Source: Macrostomum lignano (Eukaryota). Taken from it: 64,000 bases of DNA. The stretch lies in contig NIVC01000283.1 in NCBI GenBank assembly GCA_002269645.1, positions 620,001 through 684,000 on the forward strand. Direction: 5' to 3'. The notes beneath the pieces were generated by a model. It searched no databases and had not been told where the DNA came from. It saw only the letters and a program-made list of their open reading frames with translations. A program made the position numbers and the translations under genes. Within the stretch, counting starts at the first letter, position 1; every line of letters begins with the position of its first letter. Below are positions 1 to 8,619 of the stretch, in pieces.

Positions 1-3
1 TGA

Positions 4-1525
4 TTGCATCGCAGAGAACAAGGAGAAGTTTGTGTTGATATTAAACAGGATAATTCGGGTAAAGGTGAAGGTTCGAGTGAAGGTAAGATAAGACTGAAGG
101 ATTCATATCAATTTCTAGCTGCCAGTCTAGACGAACTAAGCAAGAATCTGAAAGATGAACAATGTACATATACAAAGATGTTTGCAAGTAAAATTAACAA
201 CAGTGATGAATCATTTAAAATTTTAAGGAAAAAAGGCTTCTACCCCTATGAGAATATTACTGGGTATCACGTATTTAAAGAAGGTTTACCAACACAGGAG
301 AAGTTCTTTTTAAAGCTAACAGACTCTGGAATCTCTGCCAAAGACTATGAGCACGCGAAGCATGTCTATATTTACTTTAATTGCCAAAACTTCTTCCAGT
401 ATCACCTGCTTTACCTCTTCACAGACGTTTTTCTGCTGGCTGATGTGTTGGAACCTTCAGATACACCTGGTACACAGCATATGGCGTCGATCAAGTACAT
501 TGTGTCTCTCCCTACAACTAGCTGGGAATCTTTGCTTAAAATGAAATGGGATCAAGATCCAGATTGGTACATTGAACTTCTTACAGACATTGACATGTAC
601 AATTTTGTCGAATCGTCAAAACGAGAAGGAATCTCAATTTGCGTTAACAGGTATACAAAAGCAAACAATCCCTATATTGAATCTTCCACCTTCCAAATTC
701 CACCAGAGCTTCACGACTATTTCTCTGACTTTCCACCCTTCCCAGAGAACATCAAGTGCCCGAAAATAATCGAAACTCCTAATGGAACTTGTCACCTGTC
801 AGGAACAGAAAAAGAACATACAGAGAAACTAACACAGAATCTAAACAACAAAACACGTTACAAAATCCATTACAAACTGCTTCAGTATTTTATCTCACTT
901 GGTTGCAGGGTCACCAAAGTTCACAGGGCTCTTACATTTACAGAGGAAGCGTGGATGAAACCCTACATTGATAAGAACACCCAGTTTAGGACCAAAGCAA
1001 CCAACGTCTTTGACAAGAACCTCTTTAAGTTGGCCAACAACTCTGTCTATGGCAAGACTCTTGAGAATGAGCGGAAAATAACAAACCTGAAACTTGTTAC
1101 CTCATCAGAGCCTGCTGTTATTCAGGCAAATATGTCAAAGCCAACATTCAAAGAACTCCATATCTTTAATAGCTCATAATTCATTGGTTCATCATAATCA
1201 TCATAGCATCATAATTCATTGGGTTGAGAGCAAAGTCCTATTTTGTAAAATGTGAGTCGACAGACCCAATCAAAAAATCAAAGGGAATTCCGAAACGTGT
1301 GGTTAGGAAGGAAATTAATGAAGCTGAATACAGAGGCGCCTTGAATTGCAAAAAAAGACATCTAATGAGTTCTCAAAGCTACAATCTAAAAACCATATTA
1401 TTCACACAATTCAGCAGAAGAAGATTGGACTGTCAGGTGCAGATAACAAGAGATTCATTTTTGATGACAATATTAACAGTCTACCGTTCGGGCATTGGAG
1501 ATTAGGCTTAGGAGGTGGAGGTTAG
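4..1525 (+). pseudogene. polB: Protein-primed family B DNA polymerase (pPolB), pseudogene
   Basis: Motifs include DSYQFLAASLDELSKNL, KGFYPYE, TDVFLLADV, KLANNSVYGK (motif B) and FIGLRAKSY. After a frameshift at the A-run near 1351-1357 it continues KIGLSGADNKRFIFDDNINSLPFGHW to TAG at 1525. Motifs A and C are deleted. Confidence 0.92.
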
Positions 1526-1620
1526 GTTCGGGAACTGGAGGTTAGATTCGGGCACTGGAGATTAGGAGATTAGGAGATTGGGTTTAGGTTTAAGAGAAAG
1601 TTTAATAAACCTCATAAAAA

Positions 1621-2013
1621 ATGACGACAAATAACTTTGTTGAAGATTTGGCTAACGAACTGGAAATCCCAAACTTTAGAAGAATATTTATGAGGGACAC
1701 TGCCTGATTTTTCTCTAAGAAAAGAATCATGAACTTTGACACCACCGATAAACCAGGATCTCAGTGGGTTTGCTGGGTGATTGATTCCGATCGCAAGCAC
1801 AAGTGTTATTACTTTGATAGCTATGGGACGGCAGTACCAGAAGAGCTAAGAATTTATATGAAGGGGAAAAAGAATAAAAACATTTATCGCTCAGACTTTA
1901 TTCTCCAAGGTCTTAGCAGTGATATTTGCGGTGAGCTGTGCATGACTGTTTTGTATGCAATGACCAAAACACGAAAGACCTACAAGGAAATTATTCTTAC
2001 CTGTGCTTCATAG
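1621..2013 (+). pseudogene. Adenain-like cysteine protease of Polinton, frameshifted
   Basis: ATG at 1621 reads MTTNNFVEDLANELEIPNFRRIFMRDT, then frameshifts into NFDTTDKPGSQWV...YFDSYG...LQGLSSDICGELC. The catalytic His of GSHWV reads Gln. Confidence 0.85.
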
Positions 2014-2017
2014 GGGT

Positions 2018-2575
2018 TCATTGTGCATTTCTCGCCGTCCTTCTTGCCGAATTTCTTGCCGAATTTCTTTCCACATAATGTTGAAGAACTTTCTCGAGTT
2101 CATTTTTCAGCTGACTCATGTCATCAGTACCGACCATGTTCAAGTTCATTCGAATTGATTTTTCATAAAGATCCTGAATGGTTTTGAACTCATCCTCTGA
2201 AATGAACTTATCCTCGATTGCCCTTGAAATGTACCCTATGATTGAAGCCGCTGACCCAGTTAGAACAGACACAGATCCTAGAATCATATTGCTGTAGTCG
2301 AAAAATTTACAGCGGCTGTCATAGCGCTTAATTTTCTTTGTGTTGTGGAAAATATTTTTTTCAAGATCATCGCGCATTTTTTGAATCTCCACTAGTCGAA
2401 ACTGTTGAGAGTTACAGGTGATGACGGGGTAGAGTTTTTGCTGCTCATATTGGGGTGCATTCAGATTCGGTGCCAGGCTTTGTGTGTTCGAATTCGGTGC
2501 TATTGGGTTTGGTGCTGTTGGTATTTTAGGTTCAGCGTATTGAGACTGATCGTATAGAGAATTTTGTTGGGCCAT
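2018..2575 (-). CDS. Conserved Polinton/adintovirus hydrophobic (membrane-active, 'GasderminX'-like) protein, internally deleted
   Basis: LYP...FRLVEIQKMRDDLEK...KRY...FFDYSNMILGSVSVLTGSAASI joined directly to SRAIEDKFISEDEF. From memory of the family, ~50 aa normally lie between these blocks. Confidence 0.65.
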   Translation of the reverse strand: MAQQNSLYDQSQYAEPKIPTAPNPIAPNSNTQSLAPNLNAPQYEQQKLYPVITCNSQQFRLVEIQKMRDDLEKNIFHNTKKIKRYDSRCKFFDYSNMILGSVSVLTGSAASIIGYISRAIEDKFISEDEFKTIQDLYEKSIRMNLNMVGTDDMSQLKNELEKVLQHYVERNSARNSARRTARNAQ

Positions 2576-2608
2576 TTTTTCCCTAGAAAAAAATTACAAA
2601 TTACAAAA

Positions 2609-3371
2609 CTACCCGGTTGAAAGATCTGTTTTCTTTTTGATAATTTCATCTGCAGTAATGACTGGACGAGCAGTAGATTCTGCTTCATCAATAGCAATAT
2701 CGCGAAGATTGAGTGTTCTCTCTAGGCGATAAAGTCTCCTTAGTATTTTACCCCAAGAGCTATACATTCCGTTTAGATAGCTACTGTGTGATACATCGTT
2801 TTTCTCTAATGCTTCAAGTCTTAATTTAATTCTGTCATGCAACGCTGTTGACTGGTTCATGAACTCTTCTAAATTATTGACTTTAACTGTGTTTGTGAAA
2901 ACTCCTCCTTCAGGAATGCGCATCCGTCTATCAATGGAGTTTCTCAGAAGATTAACTGTCGATGTCAACCCGTTGATTTGCGAGACCGCCGAAGTTATTT
3001 CTGACCTTAGTTCATTAGTTGCGTGTGCAAACTGCGCATAAAGCTTATCACTTTCAAACTTCTGCCTAGCTACTTTAAGCCTGAGATCTTCTATGTTAAT
3101 TTGCAACTGGTGCATGGAGCGCTCTAATTGTTTCAGTCTGTTTTTATTCAGTTTGATCTCTGCGATCTCTTCGTCGCTGTTGATATTGAAGTGATCTTAA
3201 TTTAAGCCCGATGTTATTTTTTAGTCTAATGCGAACTTCAGAAGGTTTTCCTATCAGGAAAGTACAGCACATGCTTGTGCGGCAGTAAAGATCCGATTGC
3301 GTGAAGCGAACACCAATGAAATGCGTTATAGAAATCATATATATACTAGCGTTTAGTGAGAATGAAGCCAT
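2609..3371 (-). pseudogene. Polinton accessory coiled-coil protein, probably one gene split by a frameshift near 3190-3205
   Basis: The ORF 2609-3115 frame stays open upstream (DHFNINSDEEIAEIKLNKNRLKQLERSM) and overlaps ORF 3144-3371. Heptad-like Leu pattern. Confidence 0.45.
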
Positions 3372-3699
3372 TCTCCGCCTTCGTCCGCCCTTGTCCGCTC
3401 ACGTCCCCTTTGCGCCTCGCGCCACGCGCCTCGCCCTCTCGACGCACTCGGTTCTCCGCCTCTTTGCCTCCTAAACTGTTTCACTAGCTTGCCTTAACAA
3501 TCGGGCCTGAACTCTAATATCCCAATCTAACAGAGATAAATCCGGACAAACGTCAATTCGTGCAACTATATCGATAAGTAGCCTGTGGCTCCATTTTCAC
3601 TGAATTGCTTAACAAATTTGCGTAATTGCGTGATCAATATCCTATTAGGAATTGCTACTAACATTGATTAGTAATAAACATCTTGTTGAAGGTTAGAGA

Positions 3700-4482
3700 T
3701 CGAGAGAAACAAATCGAACCTCCGACTTATTTAATTCAACAGAAACATCGACGATTATAGACATCGTCGAAGAGAGGGGCACACCCCCGCAACACATTAT
3801 TCTAAAACATTTGAATATATCGCCTGTCAAGGATGGATATTTGAGCTGATGTAAGAGCGCTGTTGCACGCAGAACCTGTGGTATTCCCTGTGAGCACGCA
3901 GTGTGGATACCTACAATACTTTCTAGAAAACGTCTTTACTAAAAGAGGCCATTTTGAGACACCTGATCCGAGTAAGCTAGATAAAAAACTGTTCCCTATT
4001 AAACTAGCCTATGATCTCACTGTAATAAGTGGTCATGCAAGTTCACAAAGATGCGGAGGTTGAGTTTAAAGATGACACTTGGTATAGGGAATTGGGATTC
4101 GAGAAGAAAGTTTATAAGGAAGAATCCGCGGCGCGGACTGCCACTCAAACGTCGGGGCTGTTAGCATGGCCCGGAAAAATGTAAGCGGTTTGTTCTTAGC
4201 ACCCAATATTGCAGACATGTAAAGGGTTTGAATATTCTAATCAGAAGTAATCTCAGTCTTGATTGGGTATTTAAGGGGAAGCGAACAAATATTTTGTACA
4301 ACATCTCTAACTTTGTTGCTGGTGGACAGATGCTGGTAGAGAAACCAAATCCAATGAAAAGAGTTGTATTGAGTAATAAGGAGATTCACGAGATTGTACT
4401 ACAGTTTGAGACTGAAGATGGGGTAGGTGTTGATTTCAACGGTGAAGAGTTTTTATTGACGTTGATCATTGAGAGAATGTAA
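3700..4482 (+). pseudogene. Minor capsid protein (penton), multiply frameshifted
   Basis: C-terminus NILIRSNL...RTNILYNI...GQMLVEKP...IHEIVLQFETEDGVGVDFNGEEFLLTLIIERM matches Polinton pentons. Upstream fragments FPIKLAYDLTV and EFKDDTWYRELGFEKKVY lie in other frames. The start is approximate. Confidence 0.75.
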
Positions 4483-4486
4483 GAAA

Positions 4487-4726
4487 TCACAATTGCCTAA
4501 TGATTTCTGCAAAGTTATAGTAGCTGTCGTAATCTTTTACATAGGTTACTCCATACTTATGAAACCAGTGTCTTTGGAGAGCTAGATTAATATTAGGGAC
4601 ATTGATATGAACGTCGGGCCAATATTTTCTCATGTACTCGCTGCATTTAAGTTTGCATCGGTACTTGGAGTTGTACAATGGATTAGGCTGAGTATAATAA
4701 GAACCTGAAGAGACAACTGGAAACAT
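4487..4726 (-). CDS. Orphan 79-aa Tyr/Lys-rich Polinton accessory protein
   Basis: Intact ORF with ATG in an AAATG context, converging on the penton stop with a 4-bp gap, typical of compact viral genomes. No recognised homology. Confidence 0.45.
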   Translation of the reverse strand: MFPVVSSGSYYTQPNPLYNSKYRCKLKCSEYMRKYWPDVHINVPNINLALQRHWFHKYGVTYVKDYDSYYNFAEIIRQL

Positions 4727-5252
4727 TTATATTGAGAATTTAATTTTTTTCAATGGGTAAGGACCCTGCGCTGATGATTTAAAGTCTTTGGGATCTGGTT
4801 TCGCCGCTTCGCGTTGCGAATCGAATGTGGGGAGAAGAATGCAGATTATTTTCTGATTGTTTCGAAGATGTTATGGGTAGATGTAAGTGGATTATGTAGG
4901 ACACCTGTTATGCTCTGATTCTGTCGTGGAGGAAGGAGGATAGGTTAGGATTATGGATGACGTCCGCTGAGACCTCCGCTAGTCTAGCTATTAAGGCTTA
5001 ATTCAGCGGTTGTAACTGAAAATTGTTCTAAAAATAGCCCAGTCTTAGTCATTTAAAGGCGCTCCGCCTCCCCTCTCCAGCGAAGCTTGTAAGGCCAGAA
5101 GTGTTTAACACTTCCCTTCCCCCATTCCCCGCTCCCCAGGACGTTCGGTCCTACCCTTGAGTGTTGCCTCTTCCCCTTTCTCCCAGAGGAACTGGCGCCC
5201 GCCTCTTCTGCCCTTCCTAGATATTACTTATCACATTGACCATTTTTCAGAC

Positions 5253-5852
5253 ATGGATAGCGACGAGTGCATTGTTTGTTATGAAGACGCTGAACAGTAT
5301 GTCTACTGTCAGCATGGGCATAAGTTCTGCTATAACTGCTGCACAACGGATAGAATAGACAAATGCCCGCTATGCCGCGCACCACCTACCCTGTGCCAGG
5401 TATGCAATACAACACCGCAACAACGGATATGCGACAACGGGCACTGGGTCTGCCGAGATTGTGCCCTAAATATTCGGTGCCGCGACTATAAGCATTGCAT
5501 AACTTGTGCAGCGCCAATATCTAAGGAAATTTACGCCGGAACTACAACATTACCAAAGATCCAACTTACAAAGGAGATCATGGACAGTATGACGGCCAAG
5601 GAACTAGCAACAGCTATAAGAACCTGGCCAATACCATTCAACAAGAGAGACCATTTGGAATATCTTTTTGACTTGGTACGTCAATATGCGGCGCATCCAA
5701 TAAATACTACGAGTACAACTGAAGAGATCTACCTGGAATTCCTCAACGCCACCGAATCAACACAATTTACGCCGATACAGCACTTACTGTGGCCAATCGC
5801 GAGATTGACAACCAAAGTAAACGATATACTGAATGATATGCTTTCCTATTAA
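5253..5852 (+). CDS. Tandem RING-finger protein (putative E3 ubiquitin ligase), 199 aa
   Basis: RING1 is CIVC..CQHGHKFCYNC..CPLC and RING2 is CQVC..CDNGHWVCRDC..CITC. The likely start is ATG 5253, preceded by ttttcag. Confidence 0.85.
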   Translation: MDSDECIVCYEDAEQYVYCQHGHKFCYNCCTTDRIDKCPLCRAPPTLCQVCNTTPQQRICDNGHWVCRDCALNIRCRDYKHCITCAAPISKEIYAGTTTLPKIQLTKEIMDSMTAKELATAIRTWPIPFNKRDHLEYLFDLVRQYAAHPINTTSTTEEIYLEFLNATESTQFTPIQHLLWPIARLTTKVNDILNDMLSY

Positions 5853-5925
5853 CAATAACAATGCATCCTGCCAAGCAACACAATAACAATATGCTTCCTA
5901 AAAAGCAATCTTTCATCACAAAAAA

Positions 5926-5971
5926 CTACTAATACCTACCTATCTACCTATCTATCTACTATACTACTACT
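5926..5971. repeat. Right terminal tip of the Polinton TIR
   Basis: actactaatacctacctatctacctatctatctactatactactact; the reverse complement begins agtagtagtatagtag. Confidence 0.75.
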
Positions 5972-8619
5972 TGTTCAACATTTCTAATCCTTAAATACAT
6001 TTTCATGTTTATTAGAAGTGTGAAACCCCACTTCACCGCTTTAACTTTAAAATTCGGGACGAATTTTTCGTGAAAAGGGGAGATATTGTAGAGAGTTATT
6101 AAACCATACCGTAATGCTCTACTTAAAGTAATATTCTAATGAAGTCAATTTATTTCAAAATGAGTCATATCTATTTTAGGAATCACACGCAAACAGAATG
6201 ATTTAGAACCCTACATTGTTTGATCAAGGAACCGGATTTGAACAGCTGTATTTGTTTAACTCCATATATGGTAATGCTCAAACATGCATGACCGCTTAAT
6301 CAAACATTTTTGACCTAAGTAAATACCCAATCCCAAACCGGTTTTTCTCCAAAATTTTGCTATAAATATAAGTCAAAATTCGAGTCAAAAATTCAGACTC
6401 AGAGCGGTCTCTAAGAAGACTCCGAAGAAATAAGAAGACCAATCTCTGAGGGACCACACCTTTAATTAATTAATTAAATTTAGTTGATTAATTGAGTTTA
6501 CGAGAGCCACTTATTGTCGACACATTTGAGAAAGGCCTCCTTGTTTCCTAGCATACATTCCTAGAGGATTTATTGAATTGAATTGAGTTATCCGTTACGT
6601 TTCGGACGTAACGAAGAAGACGCCCTTTAAGAGGACCTATCACAGAAAATTAGAGAATTCAATTGTTCATTAGGGCGCACGTTCTACTGTTAATTCCGAG
6701 CTCGAGGACCGTGAAGAAGTTCTGATTCGCTCTCGTTTTTGGTCGACCCACAGATAAAAGTCAAGGACTCCCGGAGGTACTGAGTCACCTAAGCCAAACC
6801 AAGAAGCCTACAAGCCACTAAAGGATCCGCTGCAGTAAGTTATTTGAACTGGTAAATACCTAGGCACTTGTTCCCCAGTGTCTGGAAGTGGGAGTTTTGA
6901 GTGACTGATCACCACTCTTAAACTCTTCAATATAGTTAATTATACTGATTTTTTAGTTTAATATTTATTTGTGCATATTTAAAAAAACCTTTTATTAAGG
7001 GAGATCTACTGCTGCCACTGCCAGTGTATCTGCAACAAATAGTCTCCAGCATTTAATGGTTTGTGTGTGCGTAACATAATGCGTTGCGCCATTACCGACA
7101 TCCAGGTTGCTGCTGGTGGCTGCCATTTTGAGACCCTGGCCGCTCTTGTTGCAATGTGTGGTGCAGATATCGGCAGCATCTGACATGGAGCGTAAGTCTA
7201 ACATATTGTATATGTTTTCTCTTTTTATTATTATGAACCTGCTTTAAGTAAGTACCTAACATTTTACAGAGACTTCGGTCGCGAGCTATGGGACCTCTTC
7301 GAAGTCGTTCTCGATCGCAACACCGCCGATTTTCTACGCCGTCCGTTGCCATCCACTGGTCGTCCGCCCAGTTTCTGTATTTCCTGTGACAAAAGCACCC
7401 CTGGTGTGTAAAGGATAATATTAATTATTAAATATACTTAACTTAATTAACAGGTAACAATTTATTCACTATTATTCGCAGGTCGAATCACAAACCAGGC
7501 GGTTCTGCTGCTCAGCAGGTGTGAAACTGGTGACGCCATCGCCATCCCTGCTGGTGCTCCATCAGTTTACGAGAGCGACATGGATGCCACAGGCGGCGCG
7601 TTGGTCAAGCGAATTCTGGACGCTCTGGTTCATTTCAAGCCCCCACTTGAGCATGTAGTTGGGATTGCTGCAGATGGGCAGTACCAGAGTGATCCGTTCA
7701 AAGCTGCAATCCGCCAAGCTCTGCAGGCTGCCGTTCCTAACCTTGAGGCCTATGTTCCGATTAACTGGGACGGCCCACATCTCGTCAGCCTAGCTTTTAA
7801 CGACGTACGGGATGGTGCAGAGGGGGCATCGCGCTGCGCAGATTTATTAAGCGTGCAACATTTTTGCCCATCTGTATGGACATGGTCGTGGATTTGCTGC
7901 TTTGCAGGTAAGTTTCAGTCTCTCACTCAAATTCTTCCACAGTTTAGTTTTACTCCAGACGGACGGAGGATATTCATCTCTTTACCTTCCCCTACTCATC
8001 CACAGAAAGCATCGGAAGATCAATCGAGCAGAACGCGAGTGATCCCTACCAACGCCTTGCAGCGTTTCTTTAGTTCGGCCTTGAAGCAGTGGGACGCCAT
8101 TCTGGCCTCCTACGGCAAGCTGCACTCAGCGTTTGGAGCCGAAAATCCTCGGTGCGGAGTAAATGAGACGTCACAGTATGAGCTATTCGGGAGCGACTTC
8201 GTCATGGAGCTCCTGTGCCTGCTCGACTTGTTTGAGCCATTGCGGGCCTTCATGGCGCTTCTCCAGGACAGCAGTGCGCCGCATTGGAAGGTGGTCACTA
8301 CCTGGAGTGACTGTTGCCGAGTTTCTTGAGCTTCGAGGCAAGGGTTTTGAAAGGTTTGTTAGGAAGCCTTTTTTCTTATGCTAATGTATTCGGTTTAATA
8401 TGACTTCGAGACTTCGTGACTTCACTTCATCTGCTGAGTACAATAAATACTCTGTACTTCAAATCAACATTTCACAGTTCGCACTACCCGCGGTATCACA
8501 AAGTCGCTAAGAACATCGTACCGGACAGTGAGTTTGATGGTGTCACCTTGCTAGAAGGCTGGCTTGTCGAAGTTGCTCCAGACGATATGGCTCCGGCTCC
8601 CCCTGCTGGTCAGTGGCAT

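Larger units (their letters stand above)
1..5971. mobile_element. Polinton/Maverick (adintovirus-like) endogenous viral element, right part, decayed; left end lies outside the window
   Basis: Compact cluster of protein-primed PolB, adenain protease, hydrophobic protein and penton. It ends in ...ctactatactactact (5971), the reverse complement of the AGTAGT Polinton terminus. Confidence 0.9.

Noticed and set aside
1500-1600. Interstitial telomeric TTAGG repeats
   Set aside because: The few scattered units are explained by duplication of the PolB 3' end.
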